Source: Candidatus Woesearchaeota archaeon (GTDB lineage Archaea; Nanobdellota; Nanobdellia; Woesearchaeales; GW2011-AR4). From it: 43,026 nt of DNA. The notes under the pieces were generated by a model. That model saw nothing but the letters and a program-made list of their open reading frames with translations. It did no database searches and was not told the DNA's origin. Positions 9,318-18,864 of this stretch are shown here, piece by piece. The stretch lies in assembly GCA_019323655.1 (NCBI GenBank), contig JAHWGX010000063.1, positions 1 to 43,026 of the forward strand, given 5' to 3'. A program made the translations under genes and the position numbers. The stretch's first letter is position 1. Each line of letters starts with the position of its first letter.

Positions 9318-9809
9318 ATGATTGAAATAGGAAGATTATGCATAAAGACTGCTGGCAGGGACGCTGGCTTAAAATGCGTTGTTGTTGATATTCTCGATAA
9401 CAGATTTGTTTTAATAGACGGTGAAACAAGAAGAAGGAAATGCAATATCCTGCATTTGGAGCCTTTAGAGCAGACTGTCAAGATAAAAAAGAAGTGCAGC
9501 CATGAGGAGGTTTCCAAGGCATTAAAGGCTATTGGCATAATTGCCCGCGAGACTAAACCCAAGCAAAAAACTGAGAAGCCAAGAAAAAAGGAAAATACTT
9601 CTGAGGAGCCAAAAGGCAAAAAGGAAGGGAAGAAGAAAGAGAAAAAGAAGCTTGGGAAAGCGCTTAAGCCAAAACGAAAAGGAGAGGCAGGGAAAGAGAA
9701 AGCGGAAGAGGGTGGAGAAAGCCTGGAAGAGAAGGCTGGCTTAGCGAAGGATGCCAAGAAAAAAGGCGGCAAAGAAACAAAAAGGACCCGCAAAGCTCCG
9801 AAGAAATAA
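9318..9809 (+). CDS. rpl14e: 50S ribosomal protein L14e (eL14) with long K/E-rich C-terminal tail
   Basis: MIEIGRLCIKTAGRDAGLKCVVVDILD..FVLIDG is a typical L14e KOW core. About 85 aa of Lys/Glu/Gly low-complexity tail follow. The ATG at 9318 is preceded by GGAGGG. Confidence 0.8.
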   Translation: MIEIGRLCIKTAGRDAGLKCVVVDILDNRFVLIDGETRRRKCNILHLEPLEQTVKIKKKCSHEEVSKALKAIGIIARETKPKQKTEKPRKKENTSEEPKGKKEGKKKEKKKLGKALKPKRKGEAGKEKAEEGGESLEEKAGLAKDAKKKGGKETKRTRKAPKK

Positions 9810-9811
9810 TT

Positions 9812-11464
9812 TTACCTGCAAAGAAGCGCATACAACTCGCTCAAATTCAGCTCAAAAGCTGTTACAGGCATTTCCAGTTCCCAGTTTTGTATGACTAAGG
9901 GGCTTATTTCCCCCAGGTAAGCAATCTTCTTTCCATTTACGATAACTCTTCCTACACGGCCTTTGATAAAAGAATTGTGCTCTGCTTCAATTATTTCGTA
10001 TTTCAGGCCTAAACTTCTAAACAGGTAGTCTATGGCCTGCCTTATTTCTGTGTAGTCTGTTTTTTCAGATGCAATAGCTACTGCAAGCCTGTCATTTTCT
10101 TCTATATTTGTCTCAAATTTATTGTTTTCTTTGAAGATCGTACCTATTGCAAATATTTTCTGAGGGTATTCATAGTGCTTGTTTCTGCCTAAGATTTCAA
10201 CCAAAGAAGGCAATACCCATGCTCTCAGGACACTGTAATCAGAGGAGATTGAGTTAGCCAGGCTTATCAGAGGGATGCTTATATTCATCTTTCTGCATTG
10301 GGACTCCATACTGGTGAGGTTATAAGTGGTAGTTTCCATTATCCCCAAACCTGCCAACAAAAGTGATACCTTGCTTTTAAAATTTTCAAATTTATCCTCT
10401 TCTGCAATTGTTGCCACATTCGGGATTGATTCCTGGAAGTTTTCGTATCCGTAGGCTATTGCAATATCTTCAGCCAAATCCGCCTGATGCAATATGTCTG
10501 TCCGGTATGGCGGAATCAAGACTTTTTTATTTTTGTATGCGCAGCCCATCCTTTCAAATAAGTTTTTGATTTCTTTTTCCTTTAAGTTTAAGCCTAACAG
10601 CTTATTTATGTAACCAATGTCTACATTCATTATCTCAGGGTTCATGTCAGGAGTGGTAAATCTTTTACTCCCATATACCAATTCCATAGAGTAAATCCTG
10701 CCGCCCATCTCGGATAACGCTGCTGCAATAATGTTAAGGCATTTTTTCAGGACTCTGAAATCAAAACCAGAGCATTCTATAAAGACCTCTTTTGTTTTTT
10801 CTGAGATTTTGCCGGTTTTATGGGAATTGATTATAGGAGGCATGGATAATACCTCATTGTTGGCATCTAAAAAAACAGGAAACTTACTCATGCCTTCCAA
10901 CAAAGGGCCATAATCCCTTCCGGCCGGGTGGCTGCTGAGAATCTGCCTTCCATTAAGCTCTCTGGGGAATTCCAGCGGCTGGAATTTAATTTCCTCAGGA
11001 TTTTTTGCAGTAAACCTTATAGGGGGCCTTATTTTTTCGAAAGGGTAAATCCCTATTGCTGCTTTTTTTCTGTTTCTGCCGTAGGTTATGTGGAGCTTTT
11101 CCTGTATATCTATTACCTCTTTTATTTTTTCGTCGTCAAAATGCAAATTTTTTATTATGGCGCATGCCGTATAAGGCCTTACATCGGCAACTGATTTGTC
11201 AATTATTACTTTTTCCCTTGAAGGCTCTACCTTGTACTGCCTCAGCCCTTTCTTTATGCCCACAAAAGATGAAAACGCACGGGCAAACCCCTGGACAGAG
11301 AGCATATCCGGCCTGTTAGGGAAAATCTCCGCAGTGATTTCATTTTCATTTACGCTTTCCAAGTCTGTTCCAAGATAGCTAATCCTGCCTCTTAGTTTTT
11401 CCACAGGCATTGTTTTTCCAACAAGCTTTTCAAAAACTTTTCTGTTAACGGTTATTGTGGGCAT
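9812..11464 (-). CDS. pheT: Phenylalanine--tRNA ligase beta subunit (archaeal type)
   Basis: 550 aa with the N-terminus MPTITVNRKVFEKLVGK...LESV and archaeal B3/4-B5 architecture. It lies immediately downstream of pheS. Confidence 0.92.
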   Translation of the reverse strand: MPTITVNRKVFEKLVGKTMPVEKLRGRISYLGTDLESVNENEITAEIFPNRPDMLSVQGFARAFSSFVGIKKGLRQYKVEPSREKVIIDKSVADVRPYTACAIIKNLHFDDEKIKEVIDIQEKLHITYGRNRKKAAIGIYPFEKIRPPIRFTAKNPEEIKFQPLEFPRELNGRQILSSHPAGRDYGPLLEGMSKFPVFLDANNEVLSMPPIINSHKTGKISEKTKEVFIECSGFDFRVLKKCLNIIAAALSEMGGRIYSMELVYGSKRFTTPDMNPEIMNVDIGYINKLLGLNLKEKEIKNLFERMGCAYKNKKVLIPPYRTDILHQADLAEDIAIAYGYENFQESIPNVATIAEEDKFENFKSKVSLLLAGLGIMETTTYNLTSMESQCRKMNISIPLISLANSISSDYSVLRAWVLPSLVEILGRNKHYEYPQKIFAIGTIFKENNKFETNIEENDRLAVAIASEKTDYTEIRQAIDYLFRSLGLKYEIIEAEHNSFIKGRVGRVIVNGKKIAYLGEISPLVIQNWELEMPVTAFELNLSELYALLCR

Positions 11465-11465
11465 T

Positions 11466-12998
11466 TTATCTTATCCAGATTTTTGCTTCCTTGAGCTGTT
11501 TTAAATCATTTTTGTAAACATCGCGTATATCTGTTATTTTGTAATATTCCATTATTGTCCTTTCCATGCCCAGGCCCCATGCGAGCACAGGAACTGCCTC
11601 TCCGAGCAGGGGCTTAACGACTTCAGGACGGAAAATTCCAGAGCCTCCAAGCTCAACCCACTGCTTTTTCAGTGGGTGCATCACATCAACTTCTGCAGAC
11701 GGCTCGGTGTAGGGAAAATGGCCCGGCCTTATCCTCACATTAGGAAAGCCCATTTTTGCAAAGAACTCTTTCAAATAGCCCTTGAGATGCACAAAATTGG
11801 CATTTGGATCAACTACAATGCCTTCGACCTGTACAAACTCGAACAAGGATTTCCACGATAAGGTTTCATTGCGGAAAACTTTTCCCACTGAAAAAAACTT
11901 TGCGGGAAGATCTTCTTTTTTGAGTTTTGCTATTGTTTGTGCAGACAGAACTGTTGTATGAGTCCTTAACAAATTTTCTTTTGCAACTGATTCTGACCAC
12001 TTGTATTGCCACCCCTTGCTGCCTGTGTTCCATCCATTTTCATGAGTCGCTCTTACTTTTTCCGGAATTTCCTTGGGCAGCCTCCCGCATGCCGGCTCTT
12101 TGACATAAAATGTATCCTGCATGTCCCTTGCCGGGTGATCCTGCGGCACAAACAAGGCATCCAGATCCCAAAAGGAAGTCTGAACCATGCTCCCGGTCAT
12201 TTCCTTAAATCCCATATCAAGCCATATTCTCTTGATGTACTGGATTGCCTGATTGACAAAATGAATCTTTCCGCCGGAGATATTAGGCACGTTTATTTCC
12301 ACGTCATAGCTCCTAATCTTTTTGTTTTTCCATCCGCCTGATTTAATCAAGGAGGGCGTCAGCCTGTCTATGACATTTTCGTCATCAATTTTCTTGGTGA
12401 TTAAGCTTTTGCCTAAACCTGTAAGCTCTGCATCAATTATCTTCGCTATATTGACCTTTATTATCCTGTTTCTTTTTCTCAGATTTTCAAATGCCAGTTT
12501 TTCCAAATCCTTTAAGTCAGAAGTGTTTAGCGGAAACTTCTTTTTCAGGAATTCCTCTTCCGGAAACCCCTTTTCAAGAATTTTTTTCCCATTATCGGTA
12601 ATGGAAACAACTATCTCCTTTTCCCTTTTTATTTCTATTGCAGCTTTTGACTTTAGAATTCCCAGGCTGATGCTCAATTCGTGCTTGCTTAAATTATATC
12701 TTTTTTCAATTATGCCCAATGAGCATGGGCCCTTAGCTACCTCCCCAAGAAAGGTTTTTTCCGGAAGGCCGTTGTTCCTATACTTTATTCCGTTCTCATC
12801 CAGATCAGCCTGCTCCTGCAGTTTTTGGCTTATCCTAACAAGTTTTTTGTTTTGCAGCCACTGCAATGCCCTCATTACCTCAACTTTCTGCAGCTTAGTT
12901 TTTTCAGCTATTTTTTCAAAAGAAGTTGTGTTTTTCAGGACAGGGAGGACTTTTCTTTCGAATGCGTGCAGAGTTGAGATTATTTTTTCTATTTCCAT
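11466..12998 (-). CDS. pheS: Phenylalanine--tRNA ligase alpha subunit (archaeal/eukaryotic type)
   Basis: Class II motifs are present (FVPQDHPARDMQDTFY, RTHTT, FRNE, GxGxER: AWGLGMERT). The N-terminus has winged-helix repeats. Confidence 0.93.
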   Translation of the reverse strand: MEIEKIISTLHAFERKVLPVLKNTTSFEKIAEKTKLQKVEVMRALQWLQNKKLVRISQKLQEQADLDENGIKYRNNGLPEKTFLGEVAKGPCSLGIIEKRYNLSKHELSISLGILKSKAAIEIKREKEIVVSITDNGKKILEKGFPEEEFLKKKFPLNTSDLKDLEKLAFENLRKRNRIIKVNIAKIIDAELTGLGKSLITKKIDDENVIDRLTPSLIKSGGWKNKKIRSYDVEINVPNISGGKIHFVNQAIQYIKRIWLDMGFKEMTGSMVQTSFWDLDALFVPQDHPARDMQDTFYVKEPACGRLPKEIPEKVRATHENGWNTGSKGWQYKWSESVAKENLLRTHTTVLSAQTIAKLKKEDLPAKFFSVGKVFRNETLSWKSLFEFVQVEGIVVDPNANFVHLKGYLKEFFAKMGFPNVRIRPGHFPYTEPSAEVDVMHPLKKQWVELGGSGIFRPEVVKPLLGEAVPVLAWGLGMERTIMEYYKITDIRDVYKNDLKQLKEAKIWIR

Positions 12999-13079
12999 TT
13001 TTAATCAGAAGGTATTGTGTTGATTTAAAAATATTGTTGTTTTTAGAATTGAGATTTACTTTTTATTTATAGGGGCCTA

Positions 13080-13595
13080 TTAGTTTCTTCTACTAAAACA
13101 ATCTTCTTTATATCCACACCTTTCACATTTATGTTTCTTAATAGGTTTTGGGCAGTCTCCTAAATTAGTGTAATGCCTCATTTCATGCATTGTTTTTATT
13201 AAAAATAATTTCATACTCTTAGTATAAGGAATGGAGAAAGGTTGTCCTCCCATGTATTGTATAAAACCATATTTTGGCTTTATGCCCTTTACTTCCTCAA
13301 TCAATAAGCAATAAGATATTAGTTGCATGACATGGGAAAAATAGGGTTGGCGGGGTCTTTTTGAATGTTTGATTTCTAGAGGTAATAGCCCATCTTTTGT
13401 GTGAAGAATAAAATCTGGTTTCCCTACTAATCCATATTTGTACGAAAATAACGCCTTTTCAGGTTTTTCTTTATGGTCTGAATAGATTGTTTTGCTTTTG
13501 TATATTGGTTTTGGGACTTTTGTTGATTTTAATAAAACAAATAAAAATAGTAAAATGATACTTGTAACTAATATCATTGCATCTATGATGTTCAT
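13080..13595 (-). CDS. Cas4/RecB-like PD-(D/E)xK nuclease, C-terminal part with N-terminal TM anchor
   Basis: It carries GKPDF (Asp), LEIKHSK (ExK), QLISY (QxxxY) and the C-terminal cysteines CPKPIKKHKCERCGYKEDC, as in the Cas4/DUF83 family. A hydrophobic helix precedes the nuclease core. The ATG at 13595 overlaps the upstream stop (ATGA); the track start at 13610 is also possible. Confidence 0.6.
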   Translation of the reverse strand: MNIIDAMILVTSIILLFLFVLLKSTKVPKPIYKSKTIYSDHKEKPEKALFSYKYGLVGKPDFILHTKDGLLPLEIKHSKRPRQPYFSHVMQLISYCLLIEEVKGIKPKYGFIQYMGGQPFSIPYTKSMKLFLIKTMHEMRHYTNLGDCPKPIKKHKCERCGYKEDCFSRRN

Positions 13596-13816
13596 AATAA
13601 AAACCTGCATACAACAAGAGTTGTAAGAAGGGCAATACTAATTATAATACAAACATAAACAAATCTAGCTTTCGGCTGGTTTTCTGAAACAAGAGTATGG
13701 TGTCTTTTTCCTTCATTAATTACTTGTGTTATTTTAACACCTTTTGTTTTTCCAATCCACCAGCTAACAGGACAGAAAAGATAATTTGCTATCTCACTTG
13801 ATTTGATTGTTCTCAC
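13592..13816 (-). CDS. Cas4-like N-terminal fragment (first Fe-S cysteine helix) with C-terminal TM anchor
   Basis: SEIANYLFCPVSWWI resembles the Cas4 N-terminal Cys-containing helix. It ends in the hydrophobic segment FVYVCIIISIALLTTLVVC. The start is GTG, and the stop overlaps the downstream ATG. Confidence 0.5.
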   Translation of the reverse strand: MRTIKSSEIANYLFCPVSWWIGKTKGVKITQVINEGKRHHTLVSENQPKARFVYVCIIISIALLTTLVVCRFLL

Positions 13817-13998
13817 AGTGAAAGGAAGTAGATTGATTATTAATATTTTGTCTATTATTTGGCTCGCGACTCTAAATAAAGAATATCCATATACACTATT
13901 TATATGCCCTTAATTACAGAGGAACGCCATCCGCAGTATAAGAAACTCCTCTGATGCGGTTCTCAAACATGTTATTTCCTTCAATTTGAAGTACCATG

Positions 13999-14970
13999 TT
14001 ACTTTAAAGATATTTCTTTTTTCTTAACAAATTCCCTCACTTTCTCTGCAACATGCTCTGCACTTAAACCATACTTGTCGTACAGCTCAGCAGGCTTTCC
14101 TGATTCAGCATATTTATCTTCGAGACCAATTCTTTTGAGAATGCAGGGATAATTTTCCGAAAGAACTTCTGCGACAGCGCTTCCAAGCCCTCCGATTATA
14201 TTATGGTCTTCTGCTGTTATGACGCAATTTGTTTTCTTTGCCAAATCTATTACAAGCTCCTTGTCAATCGGCTTTATTGTAGGGGTATTAACAACACAAA
14301 CATCTATTTTTTCTTTATTCAGCAATTCTGATGCTTTTAATGCCTCGTGAACCATGCTGCCTGTGGCAAAAATAACCGCATCTTTTCCTTTTTTCAGAAT
14401 TTCCCCTTTGCCAATTTCAAACCTATAATTTTTATCATGGATTATCGGTATAGGGTTCCTTAGCAGCCTAATGTAAGCCGGCCCGTTGTAATCCATCAAA
14501 GCTATTGTTGCTTTTTCTGCCTCTACTGAATCCGCTGGCTGTATGACAACAAAATTGGGCAAGGTTCTGTAAATAGAGATGTCTTCTATTGCCTGCGCGC
14601 TCTTTCCGTCCTCTCCGGTAAATATGCCGGCGTGGCTTCCGGCTATTTTTACATTTATCCTGTTTCTGGAAATAATATTTCTTGTTAATTCAAAAGCCCT
14701 TTCGGTAAAAATTGCAAAGCTGCTTGCATAAGGTATTTTCCCGCACAACGCAAGGCCGGCAGCTGTGGCGATCATATCCTGCTCTGCAATGCCCATGCTG
14801 AAAAATCTTTCCGGAAACTCTTTTTTGAACAGCTCGCTTCTTGTACTGTCGCTAAGGTCTGCATCCAAAGCTACAACATTCCTATTTTTCCTGCCTGCAG
14901 CTACAAGCCCTGCCCCATAGCCGTCTCTTGTCGCAGCTTTCTCCTTCTTTTCTTCTGCAATAACCGCCAT
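13999..14970 (-). CDS. Transketolase, C-terminal (pyrimidine-binding) subunit
   Basis: TRDGYG..L......N..VV.LDADL..ST plus FFSMGIAEQDM are transketolase Pyr and C-terminal domains. It is split-gene type; a TTG alternative start lies at 14979. Confidence 0.9.
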   Translation of the reverse strand: MAVIAEEKKEKAATRDGYGAGLVAAGRKNRNVVALDADLSDSTRSELFKKEFPERFFSMGIAEQDMIATAAGLALCGKIPYASSFAIFTERAFELTRNIISRNRINVKIAGSHAGIFTGEDGKSAQAIEDISIYRTLPNFVVIQPADSVEAEKATIALMDYNGPAYIRLLRNPIPIIHDKNYRFEIGKGEILKKGKDAVIFATGSMVHEALKASELLNKEKIDVCVVNTPTIKPIDKELVIDLAKKTNCVITAEDHNIIGGLGSAVAEVLSENYPCILKRIGLEDKYAESGKPAELYDKYGLSAEHVAEKVREFVKKKEISLK

Positions 14971-14971
14971 T

Positions 14972-15796
14972 TTAGTCAAATTTTTTTAATTCTTCCATAG
15001 CACGCTGAAATTCTTCATCGGTTGGAGCTTTTCCGTGGAACTTGTGGTTCAGCTCCATAAATGAAACTCCTTTGCCTTTTAGCGTATTAGCTATGATCAT
15101 CGTTGGTTTTCCTTTTAGCTGCCCTGCTTTGTCCAGGGCATTGACAATCTGCTCCATATCATGACCATTAATCTCAATCACATTAAAACCAAAAGCTTTC
15201 CATTTTTCTGCCACATCGCCTAAGTCCATAACCTCTTTTACATTTCCTGTTTGCTGCAATTGGTTTTTGTCCAGTATGTAAACTAAGTTATCTAAATTAT
15301 AAAAAGCTGCTGCCATTGAGGCTTCCCAAACCACGCCTTCCTGGCTTTCCCCGTCTCCTATTAAAACATAGACTCTGTAATCTTTTTTGTCCAGCTTTCC
15401 TGCAAGCGCCATTCCATTTGCAACAGGAACGCCCTGACCTAAAGAGCCTCCTGCATAGTCTACTCCGGGAGTTTTAAGCTCGGGATGCCCCTGCAGCAAG
15501 CCGTTTAGTTTCCTGTAGCTCTCCAGCTGTTTTTTATCAAAAAAACCTTTCATCGCAAGAGCTGCGTAATAAGCTGGAGATGCGTGTCCTTTGCTTAAGA
15601 CAAACCGGTCTCTGTCTTGCCAATCTGGCTTTTTTGGATCCAGCCTTAATTTATAGAAATACAGGGCAGCTAAAATTTCCGCTTCTGACAAGGAACCGCC
15701 TGGATGGCCTGATTGAGCGCGGTGAATCATTATTAATGATTCTTTCCTTATTTCATTTGCTGTTTTTTTCAAATCCCTGATTTGTTCTTTGTCCAT
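14972..15796 (-). CDS. Transketolase, N-terminal (TPP-binding) subunit
   Basis: GHPGGSLS, RDRFVLSKGHA and the GDGESQEG TPP-binding motifs are present in a 274-aa split form. Confidence 0.9.
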   Translation of the reverse strand: MDKEQIRDLKKTANEIRKESLIMIHRAQSGHPGGSLSEAEILAALYFYKLRLDPKKPDWQDRDRFVLSKGHASPAYYAALAMKGFFDKKQLESYRKLNGLLQGHPELKTPGVDYAGGSLGQGVPVANGMALAGKLDKKDYRVYVLIGDGESQEGVVWEASMAAAFYNLDNLVYILDKNQLQQTGNVKEVMDLGDVAEKWKAFGFNVIEINGHDMEQIVNALDKAGQLKGKPTMIIANTLKGKGVSFMELNHKFHGKAPTDEEFQRAMEELKKFD

Positions 15797-15864
15797 TTTT
15801 CGGAATACTAAAACCAGGATAAATGCCTATTTTATAAGCCTTTTGCTTAAAAATGAAAAAAGAA

Positions 15865-16686
15865 TCAGATTTTCTTAAGAACTTCCTTTGCCGGCTTCAT
15901 AGTCTTCCATGCTATCTCAAATAAATTCTCCAATGCGCTCGCAAAAAACGGCGAGTTAATCCAGACTCCGACATCATATGTTGGATGAACAGTAGCGTCG
16001 TCCATTATCATAAAGATAACCTCTTTGGAATCGACAATCACAAACCTTGCTTTTGTGTCTACATTTTTTATTTCGGCAACGCTGCCAATGTCTTTTACTG
16101 CACTTATTGTCTCTTTTGTTAAGGGCGCTGCAATCCTTATTTTTACGCCTCTCTTTTTCAGCTTTTCAAATGTCGGCTTGAAACCCTCTATCTTCCTCAT
16201 CAGCCCCTGGCTTGTGGTCATCACAGAAACAGACTCTTCTGCATTTCTTATTGTAAGCTCGAGATGGTTATATAGGTTATGCCTTCCTCTCAAAGAGCCG
16301 GATAAATCTGCAGGCTCCACTAGCTCGATGCCTTGGGTATGCAGGGTATTTAACTCATTTACAATTTCTGTTTTTTTAAGTTCCTCAAGCTTTGCTATCT
16401 GATTTTTTGCATCTTCGTGCACATTTTTCTTTACCCTTTCAAGAACCTCCTTTGGCGGAACTGCAAGGTATTTTATCGGCTTGCCAAGCTTCATAACAAC
16501 AAAGCCCTTTTTTTCCAAACTTTCAAGAACATCATAGCTTCTGCTTCTTGGGACATTTGCTATGTCAGAAAGCTCTCCTGCTGTTGAAACACCGCGGCTC
16601 AGTAAAGCTGTCCAGATTTTTACTTCATACAGATTTAAAGAAAAATATCTTCTTAGCTTGCTTAAAAATTCTTCTTTTACTATCAT
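15865..16686 (-). CDS. TrmB-family transcriptional regulator
   Basis: LNLYEVKIWTALLSRGVSTAGELSDIANVPRSRSYDVLESLEKKGFV is a TrmB-type wHTH. The C-terminal effector-like domain is about 150 aa. Confidence 0.85.
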   Translation of the reverse strand: MIVKEEFLSKLRRYFSLNLYEVKIWTALLSRGVSTAGELSDIANVPRSRSYDVLESLEKKGFVVMKLGKPIKYLAVPPKEVLERVKKNVHEDAKNQIAKLEELKKTEIVNELNTLHTQGIELVEPADLSGSLRGRHNLYNHLELTIRNAEESVSVMTTSQGLMRKIEGFKPTFEKLKKRGVKIRIAAPLTKETISAVKDIGSVAEIKNVDTKARFVIVDSKEVIFMIMDDATVHPTYDVGVWINSPFFASALENLFEIAWKTMKPAKEVLKKI

Positions 16687-16863
16687 TAAAACCTACCCCC
16701 CTTTTTTTTATTAAAAGGGGATGAATAAATTGATACTACTATTAATATGTTACGTTTTTTTACCCCATTGCAGTACTTTCATTGAGGTTTAGTTAAATCC
16801 TATTTTAACTCGGTAGTTAAAACATATTAAACATAACTTATATATAAAGTTTTTGAAAGATTT

Positions 16864-18816
16864 TTACTTTATTTCACCTTTTTGCAATTCTTGGACAATA
16901 TCCGGATTTGCTAAAGTGGCTATATTGCCGTACTCTTTGGTGCCTTCAGCAATCGCCTTAAGAATTCTCCTCATTATCTTGCCGCTTCGTGTTTTTGGCA
17001 AATCTTCTGCAAACTGTATCTTTTCCGGCTTTGCTATGGGCCCTACCTCATGTGAAACATGCTTTAGTAGCTCTTCTTTTAAGCCATCGCCCTTTTTATA
17101 GCCTTTCTTTAAAACAACGAAGGCGTAAATTGCCTGGCCTTTTATTTCATGCGGATAGGGCACTACAGCCGCTTCTGCAACTGCCTTATGGCTTACTAAA
17201 GAACTTTCAACTTCTGCACTTCCGATTCTATGGCCTGCCACTTTGATTATGTCGTCAGTTCTGCCCATAATCCAAAAGTATCCGTCCTCATCTATTTTTG
17301 CATTATCCCCTGTCAAATACCTCCCAAATTTTTTGAAGTAAGTGTCTTCATACCTTTTGGGGTCATTCCAAATCGTTCTCAGCATTCCTGGCCAAGGTTT
17401 TTTGATAACTAAGTAACCCCCTTCATTAAATTTGGCTTTGTTTCCGTCTTCTTTTAAAATATCTGCCTCTATCCCAAAAAAAGGCTTTGTAGCAGAGCCT
17501 GGCTTCAAAGGAGTTGCTCCCGGCAAGGGTGTTATCAGAATTCCTCCAGTTTCAGTCTGCCACCAAGTATCTACTATTGGGCATTTTTTCTTTCCAATAA
17601 CCTGATAATACCACAACCAAGCTTCCGGGTTTATGGGCTCTCCAACTGTTCCCAGCAATCTTAAGCTGCTTAAGCTGCATTTGTTTGGCCAATCATCCCC
17701 TTCTTTTGCCAGAGCCCTTATTGCTGTTGGCGCAGTATAAAAAATAGTGGCTTTGTGCTTATCAACTATTTTCCAAAACCTGTCTGGAGCCGGGTACTTA
17801 GGCGCGCCTTCATACATAATTGTCGTGGCGCCGTTGGACAGAGGCCCGTAGACAATATAAGAATGTCCTGTTATCCACCCAATGTCCGCAGTACAGAAAT
17901 AAATATCATCTTCCCTTATATCAAAAATCCATTTAAAAGTCAGGTAAGTGTAAAGCAAATACCCTGCCTGGGTATGCAGGATTCCTTTTGGCTTCCCTGT
18001 TGTGCCGCTTGTGTAAAGGATAAATAAGGGGTCTTCTGAATCCATACTCTCTGCTTCACAAAAATCCGCTATTTCTTTTTCGTTGATTAAGTCGTGATAC
18101 CAGTAATCCCTCCCAGTTTCCATTTTTATTTTTTTGTTGGCTCTTTTTACAACAACCACTTTTTTTATAGTAGGGCAGTCAATAATTGCTTCATCCGCAT
18201 TTTCTTTTAAAGAGTATATCTTTCCGTTCCTAAATCCAGCATCTGCTGTTATCAGCAGTTCTGCTTTTGAATCCTGAATGCGATCTTTCAGCGAACCAGA
18301 GCTAAAACCTCCGAAAACAACAGAATGAATCGCGCCTATACGCACACATGAAAGCATTGCAATCAAAAGCTCAGGAATCATTGGAAGGTATATCTGAACA
18401 ATAGATCCTTTTTTGGCTCCTAATTTTTTAAGAAGATTCGCAAACCTGCATACTTCCTTTAGCAATTGCCCGTAAGTATATGTCTTGGCTTTTCCGGACT
18501 CTGGTTCCCAAATAAGCGCTATTTTATCTTTTCTTGCTTCAATGTTTCTGTCAATGCAGTTGTAGCACACATTAAGCTTGCCGCCTTCAAACCATTTGAA
18601 AAAATATCCTTCCTGTTTTAATGCTCTGTCCCACTTCCTTATCCAGTCTAAGTGAGAGGCTTTCTCAGCCCAAAATGCCTCTGGGTCTTCAATTGATTTT
18701 TTATACAGCTTTTCGTAATCCTGCATGCTTTTTATGCAGGCTTTTTTAGAAAACCCTTTTGGGGGATAAAAAACTCTTTTTTCTTCCATAATTGAAGTAA
18801 TGTAATCGTCTTCCAT
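16864..18816 (-). CDS. acs: Acetyl-CoA synthetase (AMP-forming)
   Basis: About 650 aa with YTSGTTGKPKG, WWQTETGG and the C-terminal PKTRSGKIMRR motifs. The ATG is at 18816; the track TTG is at 18834. Confidence 0.93.
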   Translation of the reverse strand: MEDDYITSIMEEKRVFYPPKGFSKKACIKSMQDYEKLYKKSIEDPEAFWAEKASHLDWIRKWDRALKQEGYFFKWFEGGKLNVCYNCIDRNIEARKDKIALIWEPESGKAKTYTYGQLLKEVCRFANLLKKLGAKKGSIVQIYLPMIPELLIAMLSCVRIGAIHSVVFGGFSSGSLKDRIQDSKAELLITADAGFRNGKIYSLKENADEAIIDCPTIKKVVVVKRANKKIKMETGRDYWYHDLINEKEIADFCEAESMDSEDPLFILYTSGTTGKPKGILHTQAGYLLYTYLTFKWIFDIREDDIYFCTADIGWITGHSYIVYGPLSNGATTIMYEGAPKYPAPDRFWKIVDKHKATIFYTAPTAIRALAKEGDDWPNKCSLSSLRLLGTVGEPINPEAWLWYYQVIGKKKCPIVDTWWQTETGGILITPLPGATPLKPGSATKPFFGIEADILKEDGNKAKFNEGGYLVIKKPWPGMLRTIWNDPKRYEDTYFKKFGRYLTGDNAKIDEDGYFWIMGRTDDIIKVAGHRIGSAEVESSLVSHKAVAEAAVVPYPHEIKGQAIYAFVVLKKGYKKGDGLKEELLKHVSHEVGPIAKPEKIQFAEDLPKTRSGKIMRRILKAIAEGTKEYGNIATLANPDIVQELQKGEIK

Positions 18817-18864
18817 TTCGCCCTTGTTTTGCAAAATCCTATTTAAATTTTTTGGGGGGTAATT

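Noticed and set aside
9278-9793. 171-aa minus-strand ORF (similar cases at 3329-3727 and 5652-5981)
   Set aside because: These are mirror images of the Lys/Glu-rich (AAG/GAA) tails of L14e, L32e/L19e and L15. The F/S/L/P-rich products have no independent support.
12322-13023. 233-aa + strand ORF
   Set aside because: It lies entirely antisense to the well-supported pheS gene. The translation is Phe/Ser/Leu-rich low complexity, typical of a shadow ORF in A/T-rich DNA.
13592-13610. Overlap of the two Cas4-like ORFs as a frameshift or pseudogene
   Set aside because: The overlap contains a clean ATGA stop/start junction, and each half ends or begins with its own TM helix, so two coupled genes seem more likely. 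A sequencing indel in the T5 run cannot be excluded without reads.
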